DNA of 48,727 nt from a virus (taxonomy: Duplodnaviria; Caudoviricetes): positions 1 to 48,727 of IMG/VR virus record IMGVR_UViG_3300032272_000021; one strand, written 5' to 3'. The notes below the pieces were generated by a model that saw only the letters and a program-made list of their open reading frames with translations, had not been told where the DNA came from and ran no database searches. The position numbers and the translations under genes were made by a program. This document shows, piece after piece, positions 27,046 to 36,714 of the stretch; the first letter of the stretch is position 1; each line of letters begins with the position of its first letter.

Positions 27046-27303
27046 ATACCATAACCCTAATAAGGGGCAAATTAAAAAATTTTTGAAAAATATTAAGTAA
27101 ACGGACGTATTTTGCGTATTTACGTATTAAATGGCTGTTTTTAAAAGTAAAACGATTAAATACGTGCGTTATCTGATGTTATTTGTAACACGTATGATAT
27201 TTTTGGCTGGTTGTAATTCACTTAATATTTGCCGACGTGCGTGAACACTAAAATTTTTTGAAAATTTTTTAACAAAACGCCTATATAGGGTATTTGCGTA
27301 TTT
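27043..27303. repeat. AT-rich inverted-repeat element, copy 2
   Basis: Colinear similarity to 858-1180; reverse complement of its right arm closely matches 858-910. Confidence 0.85.
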
Positions 27304-27307
27304 GACA

Positions 27308-27336
27308 TTGTAACTCACGTAAAAACTTGCTATTAT
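27308..27336 (+). promoter_or_regulatory. Sigma70-like promoter TTGTAA-17-TATTAT, followed by AGAACTTACAG (27350-27360)
   Basis: Spacing and downstream shared motif. Confidence 0.7.
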
Positions 27337-27379
27337 AGGTTTTGTACCCAGAACTTACAGACCAACCAAAGGAGAATTT

Positions 27380-27451
27380 ATGAAGTGCATCGTATGCGGA
27401 AGCATTGTGAAGAATAATCGTTGTAGTAATTGCGGCTATACAAGGCAGTGA
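27380..27451 (+). CDS. 23-aa CxxC-x8-CxxC zinc-ribbon microprotein
   Basis: SD AAGGAG; MKCIVCGSIVKNNRCSNCGYTRQ*; stop 1 nt before the helicase ATG. Confidence 0.65.
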   Translation: MKCIVCGSIVKNNRCSNCGYTRQ

Positions 27452-27452
27452 T

Positions 27453-28958
27453 ATGCAAGAAGACTACGTCTTTAAGACAAAGCCCTTTGCACACCAGCGT
27501 GAGAGATTCTATAAATATCGCGACAAAGAGTACCACGCCCATGAATGGGAGCAGGGTACTGGTAAATCAAAGCTCATAATTGACACAGCTTGTTGGTTAC
27601 ATGGGCAAGGACAGATTGACGCTTTATTTATAGTAAGTAAAAATGGTGTTCATAGAAACTGGATTTTAAACGAAGTGCCAACACACATGCCGGACTATGT
27701 GGAATACGACTCAGCATTCTATGCAAGTTCACCACGAGCGGCTGAGCGTGATGCACTCAAAAGGGTACTGAACCACACAGGACTAAAGATAGTTGCACAA
27801 AATGTTGAGTCATTATCTAGTAAAAAAGGTGTTGACTTTTTAAAGTCGTTTTTAATGACCAACAGAACACTGCTTGTCGTTGATGATGCTGACATTAAAA
27901 ACCACAAAGCCAAGAGAACAGTAGCACTCATAGACCTTGGCGTCCACGCACCATACCGAAGAGTATTGAATGGCACACCAGTCACACAGGGAGCCATGGA
28001 CGTTTATTCTCCATACACATTCTTAGACGAACAAATACTTGGTACGAGCTTTTATGCCTTCAGAAACACGTATGCTATAATGAAGGAAATAGAAGTAACA
28101 GATGTTCGTAATCCGTCAACAACCCGTAGAGTTAAAGTAATTGACCAGTTCCAAAATCTTGATCAGCTTAAAGAGATACTTGATCCCCACAGGGATAGGG
28201 TATTAAAGAAAGACTGCCTTGACCTTCCAGAAAAATTATACCAAAAAAGGTATGTAGCATTGAGCGCCAAACAGCGAGCAATGTATGATACACTCAAAAA
28301 ACACCTTGTAGCCGAGCTAGATGGTGACTATATGACAACCCCGATGGCTCTTACAAAGTTGTTACGACTACAGCAGATTGTTGGTGGTTTCTTTGTAAGA
28401 GACGAGGAACCTGTGTTTGACAAAGATGGACAACCTGTATTTAGCAAGGCTCCTGAACCAATACCGATAAGTGACACTAACAACCGTGTTGATACTCTTA
28501 TGGACATTGCTGATGAGACTGAAGGTAAAGCAATCATATGGGCTAGATTTCGAGCTGAGATAGCTCTAATATCTGCGGCACTACGCAAAAAGTATGGAGA
28601 CGCCGCTGTTGTTGAATACCACGGAGGCGTCGATGACAAGAAACGATCGGAAAATATTGCCAAATTCCAAACTCCTAACTCGGCGGCTAGATTTTTCGTT
28701 GGACACGTCCAAGCAGGAGGGAAGGGTCTCACGCTCCATGCGGCTTCGACTGTGGTGTATTTTTCTAACGATTTTAGTCTCGAAAACAGGTTACAGTCAG
28801 AGGATAGAGCTCATCGTATTGGTCAGCAGAAAAATGTCCTCTATATTGACATCGTTGCACAAGACACAATAGATGACAAAATAGTAGAGACACTGCGTTC
28901 AAAGAAAAATGTAGCAGATGTATTAACCGGAGATGAACCATTGAAGAGGTGGCTATGA
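27453..28958 (+). CDS. SNF2-family (SF2) helicase
   Basis: QGTGKS, LNGTP, GGKGLTL, QSEDRAHRIGQ; Walker B is atypical (VVDDAD). Confidence 0.92.
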   Translation: MQEDYVFKTKPFAHQRERFYKYRDKEYHAHEWEQGTGKSKLIIDTACWLHGQGQIDALFIVSKNGVHRNWILNEVPTHMPDYVEYDSAFYASSPRAAERDALKRVLNHTGLKIVAQNVESLSSKKGVDFLKSFLMTNRTLLVVDDADIKNHKAKRTVALIDLGVHAPYRRVLNGTPVTQGAMDVYSPYTFLDEQILGTSFYAFRNTYAIMKEIEVTDVRNPSTTRRVKVIDQFQNLDQLKEILDPHRDRVLKKDCLDLPEKLYQKRYVALSAKQRAMYDTLKKHLVAELDGDYMTTPMALTKLLRLQQIVGGFFVRDEEPVFDKDGQPVFSKAPEPIPISDTNNRVDTLMDIADETEGKAIIWARFRAEIALISAALRKKYGDAAVVEYHGGVDDKKRSENIAKFQTPNSAARFFVGHVQAGGKGLTLHAASTVVYFSNDFSLENRLQSEDRAHRIGQQKNVLYIDIVAQDTIDDKIVETLRSKKNVADVLTGDEPLKRWL

Positions 28959-29209
28959 AAAAGGGTAAAGGTAGAGGAAGTTGTCGTCTTTGCGAAAAAG
29001 GTATCTACAAAGGCCAAGTAACTGTTCGTGTACGTGATAAGGAATTACTTGCCAAGCATGAAGATTTTATTGTTGTTCATAAAACCTGCGCACGTGAAGG
29101 AGCTAGGCTATTGAATAGAGATGGAACAAAGAGTAATCGTTCTATTGACCAATTTTGGCCTATGCCGAGTTCAAAGAAACTAAGAGCGATACGGTTGGCT
29201 GGTGGTTAA
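28955..29209 (+). CDS. Basic Zn-finger-like protein (CxxC...HxxC)
   Basis: ATGA overlap; GAGG SD. Confidence 0.65.
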   Translation: MKKGKGRGSCRLCEKGIYKGQVTVRVRDKELLAKHEDFIVVHKTCAREGARLLNRDGTKSNRSIDQFWPMPSSKKLRAIRLAGG

Positions 29210-29218
29210 AATAAGACA

Positions 29219-29248
29219 TTGCAAATCGTTTAGTCTAGATGGTACTAT
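29219..29248 (+). promoter_or_regulatory. Promoter TTGCAA-18-TACTAT (extended -10), followed by AGAACTTACAG (29266-29276)
   Basis: Shares TTGCAAATCGTTT with the promoter at 770. Confidence 0.7.
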
Positions 29249-29292
29249 TAAGTATTAGTGGTATCAGAACTTACAGAAAGGAGGAATCTATC

Positions 29293-29628
29293 ATGTCTAA
29301 GGTATTCATTGTTCAAGAGCCCTTACGTAAAAACCACGATACTGGTAACATGGAATCTTTCATGGATTTTCGTAAGACGCTTGAATACGGAGACCCTGTC
29401 GTTTGTCTCCCCGCTGGCCGAGTAGCATTCAGCCCAGCACCAATGATCACAAAGCTAAAGGAAGCACTAAAAGATTATGGCGACGATGACTATATCGTGC
29501 CTACTGGTGATCCTACAGCGATCGGTGCGGCTATCGCGATTGCGGGACGTTACAATCTTGGCAAGGTGAACGTACTTAAATGGGACAAAGACCATTCAAA
29601 GTACATCAAAGTTGAACTAGAACTGTAA
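29293..29628 (+). CDS. Phage hypothetical protein
   Basis: SD AAGGAGG; DDYIVPTGDP...VLKWD. Confidence 0.8.
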   Translation: MSKVFIVQEPLRKNHDTGNMESFMDFRKTLEYGDPVVCLPAGRVAFSPAPMITKLKEALKDYGDDDYIVPTGDPTAIGAAIAIAGRYNLGKVNVLKWDKDHSKYIKVELEL

Positions 29629-29638
29629 GGAGAACAAT

Positions 29639-30193
29639 ATGACACTACAAGATGAAATGTTAAAAGACGCATCAACTGGGATGCCGTCTAAGGAAGAACT
29701 GACTGAGCTTGAACAATTAACCAAAGAGCAGTTGCATTTGGAAGCCTTGCTTAAAGACCAAGAAAAGATGGTCAATGAGACAAAGAAGCGTCTCGACGAA
29801 GTGCGTGGTGTTGCGATACCTGCGGTGCTTGACCAAGCTGGAATCAAAAAGTTCACCTTGTCGAATGGTTCAAGCGTTGAACTAAAAGAGACTGTCTTTG
29901 CTTCAATAAGGGCGGCAGAGATTAACAGAGCAATGGACTGGCTCTGTAAGAACAAACTTGGTGGTATTATTAAAAGCCAAATAACCATCAAACTCGCTCC
30001 AGGACAAACTGAACTTGGCGATGAAGCAATGGCGGCGTGTGAAGAACTTGGTTTGTCCCCAGAAAGTAAGCTGTCAGTTCACCCACAAACCCTGAAGGCC
30101 ACAGTAAAAGAACAACAGGCCAAGGGCGTTCAATTCCCTGACGAATACTTCTCAATTTATCCCGACCGAAAAGCGGTCATTAAACAAAAGTAA
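29639..30193 (+). CDS. Phage replication-module protein (VHPQTLKA motif)
   Basis: SD; coiled-coil N-terminus; motif typical of genes preceding SSB. Confidence 0.75.
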   Translation: MTLQDEMLKDASTGMPSKEELTELEQLTKEQLHLEALLKDQEKMVNETKKRLDEVRGVAIPAVLDQAGIKKFTLSNGSSVELKETVFASIRAAEINRAMDWLCKNKLGGIIKSQITIKLAPGQTELGDEAMAACEELGLSPESKLSVHPQTLKATVKEQQAKGVQFPDEYFSIYPDRKAVIKQK

Positions 30194-30205
30194 AGGAGGC
30201 CAAAG

Positions 30206-30970
30206 ATGGCAGAGAAAAAAGCAGTAGCGAAGAAGGAAGAAAACCTACCTGCGGCAATTGATTTCGGCGCTGATGTTGGTGCTGGATTCGAAGATGCGGA
30301 TAGTCAGAGTTTTGCTATCCCCATACTCAGCGTTTTGCAGAGTGGTAGTCCTCAGTGTAAGCGCAGTCGTGCTGAATACATTGAAGGCGCAAGCGAGGGT
30401 GCATTGTTGAACAGTGTTACTCAGTCAATCTATGATGGCGAAAAGGGTGTTCTGGTTGTGCCTTGTTATTACAACAGGACAATCAACGAGTGGTATCCAC
30501 GTGACAGCAAAGACGGCGAAGGTCTGGTAGCTGTTCACAACACAGCCGATGGTGAAGCATTATTGGCTGACAGTCACGAAGGTCCGAAGGGCGAGCGAAT
30601 GACTGAGAAGGGTACTGTACTCAATGACACTCGTAATCATTATGTTCTGGTGATTGACGAAAAGACTGGTGCGGCACAACCGATGTTTTTCCCGCTCGGC
30701 AGTACCCAGATCAAGAAGTCAAAACGCTGGATGTCGTTGATGAACGGTATCGTGTTCCCCGAAAACCAACAACCAAAACCAATGTTCAGCCAGATCTATC
30801 GTATCACCACAGTTCCTGAGTCAAATGACAAGGGCGACTGGTCTGGTATTAAGATTGAACACGAAACAGAAGTCACTGATGCTGGTATCTACCAAGCGGC
30901 AAAGAACTTCCGTGAAATGGTACGCTCCGGAGTTGCCAAGCCTTCTGACAGTGAGCCTGAACCATTTTAA
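30206..30970 (+). CDS. Putative single-stranded DNA-binding/annealing protein
   Basis: IPILSVLQSGSPQ, TQIKKSKRW, ESNDKGDW, acidic tail ending PF. Confidence 0.65.
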   Translation: MAEKKAVAKKEENLPAAIDFGADVGAGFEDADSQSFAIPILSVLQSGSPQCKRSRAEYIEGASEGALLNSVTQSIYDGEKGVLVVPCYYNRTINEWYPRDSKDGEGLVAVHNTADGEALLADSHEGPKGERMTEKGTVLNDTRNHYVLVIDEKTGAAQPMFFPLGSTQIKKSKRWMSLMNGIVFPENQQPKPMFSQIYRITTVPESNDKGDWSGIKIEHETEVTDAGIYQAAKNFREMVRSGVAKPSDSEPEPF

Positions 30971-30977
30971 CCCTTGC

Positions 30978-31003
30978 AGGGGGAGCTAGTCTCCCCCTTT
31001 TTT
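30978..31003 (+). terminator. Rho-independent terminator
   Basis: AGGGGGAG-CUAGU-CUCCCCCU UUUUU. Confidence 0.85.
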
Positions 31004-31019
31004 GCCGTAGAGGTGTGCT

Positions 31020-32585
31020 ATGACTAAAAGATTCGCTGAATTATTTGGCGGTCTTGATAGGGCGTATGGCGAGTATACTGTTCAGAATAAAAAGGGTGCA
31101 AAATCGGTAGGCAGAGCTCAAACCTTGAAGGAGCAAGTTACCGATGAGCTTTTTGAACAACACTTAGCCGGAAAGAAGGGCATAGGAATCATCCCAATCA
31201 AGGACAACAACAAGTGTACTTGGGGAGCGATAGACATTGATTCTTATGAAAACTTTGACCCTAAAACGATCGCTGATCAAATAGAAGAAAATGGCTGGCC
31301 TTTAGTTACATGCCGAAGCAAGTCAGGTGGAGCGCATGTATTTATTTTCACCAGTCAAGACATACCTGCAAATATTATTCGTAACAAACTTAAAGAGTTT
31401 GCGATTGCGTTCGGCTTTCCAAACGCTGAAATATTTCCCAAACAGAATAAGCTCTACAGTAAAGATGATATTGGTAATTGGATTAATCTTCCTTATTTCG
31501 ACCAAAAAAGAACAACCCGTTACGCCGTAAAAAGTGGCGAAGCGTTGCCCTTAGAGGGATTTATAGAATTGGCAGAGGCCAATAAAGTTTCACTTGCTGA
31601 TCTTTATGAACTTGAACCACCACCGAGCGAGTTTAGTGATGCTCCTCCATGCTTAGAAGTTTTGACTGCAAAGGGTTTCCCTGATGGCAGTCGTAATAAT
31701 GCTTTGTTTGATATGGGTGTGTATGCTCGTATGAAGTTCCCTGAAGATTGGCAACGACATATCCATGATTATAATGAACGATTCATGGGTCCGGGAGCTC
31801 CAAAAGAAGTACACAACATTATCAAGCAATTGGACAAGAAGAAGTACACGTATAAATGCCAAGAAGACCCCATCTGTGGTGTGTGTAATAAAGTTGTTTG
31901 TGCGAGCCGTCAGTACGGCATACAGTCCTCGAGCAGTCCTTATCGTACAAGCCAAGCACAGAAAACCATGCGCCCATGTATACTAGATGAGGTCGAAGGT
32001 CCTGTTGAATGCTATTTACCAGCAGAGACATCTGACGATGAACCATATTGGGTATTCAAATTTCGTGGAAGACCAATGGATGTGAGCATCGATATGGTAC
32101 AGAGCCAGAGTAAGTTTTTGCGTGAGTACCTAAAGAAGTTTCGTAAAGTCATTTTAGCAATTGACGAGACACGTTGGTCGGAAGCAATTAACCTGTTACT
32201 AGAGGAAGCCATTGACCATGAGCTTGCTCCGGACGCTGGTCCAGAAGGACAATTCTTTATTCACTTGGAAACATTTTTAACAGGTAAGGTGCAGGCTCGT
32301 GAGAAGGACGAACTGTTATTAGGTAAGCCTTGGCGAGACGTTGATGCAACCGAGGGATTCGGAGATAGAATATATTTTCGATCACCCGACTTGATGAAGT
32401 ACCTTGACCAACAGCGTTTTAAACAGTTTAAAGAGAGGCAATTATATGGTATACTTAGGCGTAAGGGTGCAAGGCATCACCGTTTTATGATTAAAGGAAA
32501 GTGTGTATCGTGTTGGAGCGTTACACCATTTGACGAACAGACCGAAGGGTTTGACGTCCCAGAAATGGAGAAAGGAGATTTCTAA
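31020..32585 (+). CDS. AEP-superfamily primase with PriCT-like region
   Basis: WGAIDID, SKSGGAH, EIFPKQ, GNWINLPY, PPCL, GSRNNALF. Confidence 0.85.
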   Translation: MTKRFAELFGGLDRAYGEYTVQNKKGAKSVGRAQTLKEQVTDELFEQHLAGKKGIGIIPIKDNNKCTWGAIDIDSYENFDPKTIADQIEENGWPLVTCRSKSGGAHVFIFTSQDIPANIIRNKLKEFAIAFGFPNAEIFPKQNKLYSKDDIGNWINLPYFDQKRTTRYAVKSGEALPLEGFIELAEANKVSLADLYELEPPPSEFSDAPPCLEVLTAKGFPDGSRNNALFDMGVYARMKFPEDWQRHIHDYNERFMGPGAPKEVHNIIKQLDKKKYTYKCQEDPICGVCNKVVCASRQYGIQSSSSPYRTSQAQKTMRPCILDEVEGPVECYLPAETSDDEPYWVFKFRGRPMDVSIDMVQSQSKFLREYLKKFRKVILAIDETRWSEAINLLLEEAIDHELAPDAGPEGQFFIHLETFLTGKVQAREKDELLLGKPWRDVDATEGFGDRIYFRSPDLMKYLDQQRFKQFKERQLYGILRRKGARHHRFMIKGKCVSCWSVTPFDEQTEGFDVPEMEKGDF

Positions 32586-32884
32586 TGGCTAAGGTAATTG
32601 ATATTACAGAACGGCTATTGGAGAACACAGAACATTTATCTGGTGACGCATTGTGTATTGAGTGTGGTCACAAGTGGACTGCTGTTGTGCCTGTCGGCAC
32701 AGAAGAGTTTGAATGTCCTAGCTGTCACACGCACAAAGGAGTAATGGATTATGGGGTACTCCCAGAAGTATATTGGGAATGTGCTTGTGGATGCAGTATG
32801 TTTGTGATCAGCGGTGTGTCCAACAGAGTCCTGTGTTTTAAATGCGGCGCAGAACAGGAAGCAGTTGAGGAAAATGAAGGATGA
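32585..32884 (+). CDS. Double Zn-ribbon protein
   Basis: CxxC..CPxC and CxC..CxxC; SD AAGGAG. Confidence 0.75.
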   Translation: MAKVIDITERLLENTEHLSGDALCIECGHKWTAVVPVGTEEFECPSCHTHKGVMDYGVLPEVYWECACGCSMFVISGVSNRVLCFKCGAEQEAVEENEG

Positions 32885-34302
32885 GACCACGTATAATTCT
32901 CGGTCCTCCTGGAACTGGTAAGACCACCACATTAATGAACATAATCGAAGAAGAAATGGCAAACGGTATTCCCCCAGAGAGAATAGCGTTTGTTTCATTT
33001 ACACGAAAGGCCGCTCAAGAAGCAATTGAGAGGGTCGTTAATAATTTCCTATTAATACCAAGCGACTTTCCTTATGTCCGCACAATCCACAGCCTAGCCT
33101 ACCGTTGTGGAGGAGTAACAAAAGATGAAATTATGCAGAAGCGACATTACCTTGAATTGGGAGACATTCTTGGACTCGAGTTCTCTTCTCCCGAAGACTT
33201 TGAAGAAGGCATTCCCATGCACTTATTCCACCGCAAGTCCGGAGATCAGTACGTGTACCTTGACGGATTTGCAAGAGCTCGCGGACTTGACGCAAAAGAT
33301 GCGTGGACAGAACTTGGAGATTATGACCTTAACTGGTGGGAGTATGAACGTTTCTCCCGTGCAATTAAAGAGTATAAATTGGCTAACGGTTTAAAGGACT
33401 TCAATGATTTATTAATGATGGAGCATATACCGCTTGATGTAGACGTTGCAATAATCGACGAAGCACAGGATTTGTCAACATTACAGTGGAAGTTCATTTT
33501 ACATATGTTCCAAAACACTAAAAGAATGTACATAGCAGGTGATGACGATCAGGCAATATATACTTGGTCAGGAGCAGATGTAACACATTTTCTAGAATTG
33601 GAGGGAGACCATGAAGTTTTGCACCAATCTTATCGAGTTCCAAAAGCTATACATGCTCTCGCCTGTGAAGTTGCTGGTAGAATCGAGAATAGAATTCCAA
33701 AGGATTACAGTCCTACTAATGAAGACGGAATTGTTGACTATCACTTTAATTTGGATAGTGTTGATTTATCGCAAGGAACGTGGCTTCTTTTAGCCAGACA
33801 TGGATACATGCTGAACCAGCTTGCGAATATGTGTCGTGAGCAGGGGTATTTATACAGCTTCCGTGGCGACAGTGTTGTTAATAAAGAACACATGAAAGTT
33901 ATTACGTTATGGGAATTCCAACGTAAAGGGGGTATATTAGATGAAAGGGAAAAAGCGCTTATTCAGGGATACTTATCCAGAGGAGTTAAAGAATGGCCTG
34001 ATTGTATATGGCACGAAGCTCTTCAAGAAATCCCGCTCAGAGACAGGGAATTTTACATATCCTTGTTACGAAGAGGTGAGCAAATTACACAAGAACCAAG
34101 AATCGCAATCAACACCATCCATAGTGTAAAAGGTGGTGAGGCTGATAATGTGCTGTTATTGACAGACGTAACCACAAGAACATTAGAGAGCAGTTATATC
34201 TTACCAGACAACGAACACAGAGTTTGGTATGTTGGAATAACAAGAGCTAGGAAAGAGTTGCATATCGTTATGCCGCAGACAGTTAATTATTATGAGCTAT
34301 AA
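32881..34302 (+). CDS. UvrD/PcrA-like SF1 helicase
   Basis: GPPGTGKTT, IIDEAQD, GDDDQAIY, QSYR, TIHSVKGGEAD, YVGITRAR. Confidence 0.95.
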   Translation: MRPRIILGPPGTGKTTTLMNIIEEEMANGIPPERIAFVSFTRKAAQEAIERVVNNFLLIPSDFPYVRTIHSLAYRCGGVTKDEIMQKRHYLELGDILGLEFSSPEDFEEGIPMHLFHRKSGDQYVYLDGFARARGLDAKDAWTELGDYDLNWWEYERFSRAIKEYKLANGLKDFNDLLMMEHIPLDVDVAIIDEAQDLSTLQWKFILHMFQNTKRMYIAGDDDQAIYTWSGADVTHFLELEGDHEVLHQSYRVPKAIHALACEVAGRIENRIPKDYSPTNEDGIVDYHFNLDSVDLSQGTWLLLARHGYMLNQLANMCREQGYLYSFRGDSVVNKEHMKVITLWEFQRKGGILDEREKALIQGYLSRGVKEWPDCIWHEALQEIPLRDREFYISLLRRGEQITQEPRIAINTIHSVKGGEADNVLLLTDVTTRTLESSYILPDNEHRVWYVGITRARKELHIVMPQTVNYYEL

Positions 34303-34307
34303 AACAC

Positions 34308-34336
34308 TTGCTCTTCATATAATGCTGTAGTATAAT
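34308..34336 (+). promoter_or_regulatory. Promoter TTGCTC-17-TATAAT of the DNA-modification operon, followed by AGAACTTACAG (34349-34359)
   Basis: Perfect -10, 17-nt spacer. Confidence 0.75.
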
Positions 34337-34371
34337 TAAGTTATAAATAGAACTTACAGAAAGGACAGATC

Positions 34372-35109
34372 ATGGTTTATAAGGATGCTACAAATATTCA
34401 TGTCATTTTTGTCCGTGCCACCCCAAGTTTCGTCTTTATTATTAAGATGCACAGGGGCAAAAGGCGCATAGTAAGAATTTCACACGCAGAGTTCGAAAGA
34501 GATTATAAGCTCACCAAAAGAGTAGCCGCATGTGTGGCTGAAAACTGGCTGAAAGGCCAAATCAAGATGACCTCAGTGGTCAGAAAGGAGTTGGAAATGC
34601 GTATCGCAATTTTCCGAAAGAAGATCGTAGCAAAAATCGAGAAGGGGCAGAGAGTCCCTACTGACATGCCGGAGGGTTCAGTCATTTATACACGTGACGA
34701 CCTTGAAGGCAAGTCGATGAAACAACTGGTTGATATCTTCAACGCCACAGTCAGTAAAGACGAGCGGGTTAAAGTGCTCGAAGGTGTTGAGGGGGATATC
34801 AATCTTGCTCAGGAGCAGGTATGGAATGCCCTGTGTGAAGCTGACGTTTACGTCAAGCCTGAGAAGCCTGCCCGTGACCCCGATGCTCCACGAGCAGACC
34901 GTATTCCAAATGATGCAACCATTACTGTGGTTGTTGAAGCAAACCCGAAGCGTGAAGGTTCCAAAGGCGCAGAGCGGTTTGACCTGTACAAAACCGGAAT
35001 GACTGTCCAAGCATTTAAAGATGCTGGTGGCACGATGGCTGATGTACGTTGGGATCGTGAGCATGGTTACATCGAAGTAGATGTACCTGATGTGGAGGAG
35101 GCGGCATAA
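34372..35109 (+). CDS. Protein with C-terminal NPKxxGS/GMTV domain (paralog of 201-659); possible internal start at 34597
   Basis: ANPKREGSKGAERFDLYKTGMTV...DVRWDREHGYI. Confidence 0.85.
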   Translation: MVYKDATNIHVIFVRATPSFVFIIKMHRGKRRIVRISHAEFERDYKLTKRVAACVAENWLKGQIKMTSVVRKELEMRIAIFRKKIVAKIEKGQRVPTDMPEGSVIYTRDDLEGKSMKQLVDIFNATVSKDERVKVLEGVEGDINLAQEQVWNALCEADVYVKPEKPARDPDAPRADRIPNDATITVVVEANPKREGSKGAERFDLYKTGMTVQAFKDAGGTMADVRWDREHGYIEVDVPDVEEAA

Positions 35110-35960
35110 TGATTCTTTATCCCGAGCTTCTGCATTGGGTTAAAGAACGCCGCAAAATCTACCAAAGGAAAGAGGGGGGAGAAATCCCCCCTTGGACTGA
35201 CGACAAGATTTTGCAACAGTTTAAATTCACCAATGTAGAAAGAGAACTAGACAGAACGACCATATGGGTAGCTAAGAACTGGAGAAAGCCAAATAAAGAT
35301 TGTACTGTACTCTGGTTCAATATGGTTATTGCTTGCCTGCTGAATTGGCCTGATACCCTTGATGAGATAGGGTACACAAAGAAGTTTATTCCAGAAGAGT
35401 TTAAGGCCAAACTCAAGGCACGTCGTGATCGTGGCGAAAAGGTCTTCGCCGCCGCTTACATTGTCAGCACCAACGGTAGAGCAATGGATAAAATTGACTA
35501 CGTTGTTGATATAATCCTTACACCGATGTGGGAAGCGAGAGAAGCATTCGAAGTAGATAAAGGAAAAGATACCAAATTATTTCTTAGAGATTTATTCGGA
35601 CTCCTTACTTCTTTTAACGGTATGGGGAGTTTCTTAGCGAGCCAAGTTGTTGCTTATATGAAATATGAACAACCTTGGAGCTCCGCAATAGATTGGGAGT
35701 ATTTTGCAACATCAGGTCCGGGAAGTCGCCGAGGAATGAATAGGCTACACGACAGACCAGTTAAGAAATCACAGAAGGAAGAAGTATGGTTGGCAGAATT
35801 ACATGAACTTCAATTTAAACTTTCAGAAGATGGGATTGACATTCATGCACAAGATGTGCAAAACTGTTTATGTGAATTTGATAAATACATGAGAACAAAA
35901 AGTGGCGAGGGTCGCCCGAAAGTGAGGTATGATGGTAATCCTAATTCCAACACTCGGTAG
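35109..35960 (+). CDS. aGPT-Pplase1 / 5-hmdU DNA kinase helical-domain protein
   Basis: ER..IY..K......PWTDDKILQQFKFTNVERELDRTT, AAYIV, GPGSRRG, QNCLCEFDKY. Confidence 0.85.
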   Translation: MILYPELLHWVKERRKIYQRKEGGEIPPWTDDKILQQFKFTNVERELDRTTIWVAKNWRKPNKDCTVLWFNMVIACLLNWPDTLDEIGYTKKFIPEEFKAKLKARRDRGEKVFAAAYIVSTNGRAMDKIDYVVDIILTPMWEAREAFEVDKGKDTKLFLRDLFGLLTSFNGMGSFLASQVVAYMKYEQPWSSAIDWEYFATSGPGSRRGMNRLHDRPVKKSQKEEVWLAELHELQFKLSEDGIDIHAQDVQNCLCEFDKYMRTKSGEGRPKVRYDGNPNSNTR

Positions 35961-36714
35961 GGTAACAGAACAACCAACTTGGGACTTTATCCCAAATGAA
36001 TGGCGTGATCGTACGTACCTTGTTTGTCCCCCAGAAGAAGAGGATGAACACCACCGCCGTGACCGTCAGGTTCTGGTTTGTCCTATTAATGGTCAAGAAG
36101 GAAAAACGATAGGCGACGTACGACAATGGATGATGGAGCATTCACCTGATCCACATATACTTATGTTGGACGATGATTTACGGTTCAGCACATGGAGTGA
36201 ACTTGGTAAGGGTCGTATGCGTCCTGCTGATAAAGTAGACATGAACAAGTTTTTAAAGATGGCTGAGCGTGGTTTAAAAAGTCACGCACACTTGGCTATC
36301 CAGCCAAGAGCAGGAGCCAATCACGTGTGGCCTGCTGTGAGTAGGGAAGTTGGTCGTGCCTGTACAGCATGGGGAGTTGATCGTGATGTATTGGCTAAAG
36401 AGGGTATAAAGTTCAATAGACTTGGTGTGATGGAAGATTTTGATGTTGTTCTTGGTCTGTTGTCAAAGGGATACCCGAACTTTATTATATGCAATTACCA
36501 GTGGGATCAAAAAGGTTGTAACACTTCTGGGGGTTGTAGCACTTACAGAACACCCGAAGTCCAAAAAGCAAGTGCCGAAAAACTTGCCGAACTGTGGCCG
36601 AATTTTGTCAAGGTGGTACAGAAAGAAACCAAAGGTCGTTGGAAGGGGATGGACACCAGATACGACGTAAGAGTGCAATGGAGGAAAGCCTATGAAAGTT
36701 TTAACAGGACGTAA
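35929..36714 (+). CDS. GT-A fold glycosyltransferase, TAGT/GREB1/JGT-like
   Basis: IPTLGR, MLDDD (DxD), MEDFDVVL, N..GGCS.YRT, WP.FV. Confidence 0.75.
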   Translation: MMVILIPTLGRVTEQPTWDFIPNEWRDRTYLVCPPEEEDEHHRRDRQVLVCPINGQEGKTIGDVRQWMMEHSPDPHILMLDDDLRFSTWSELGKGRMRPADKVDMNKFLKMAERGLKSHAHLAIQPRAGANHVWPAVSREVGRACTAWGVDRDVLAKEGIKFNRLGVMEDFDVVLGLLSKGYPNFIICNYQWDQKGCNTSGGCSTYRTPEVQKASAEKLAELWPNFVKVVQKETKGRWKGMDTRYDVRVQWRKAYESFNRT

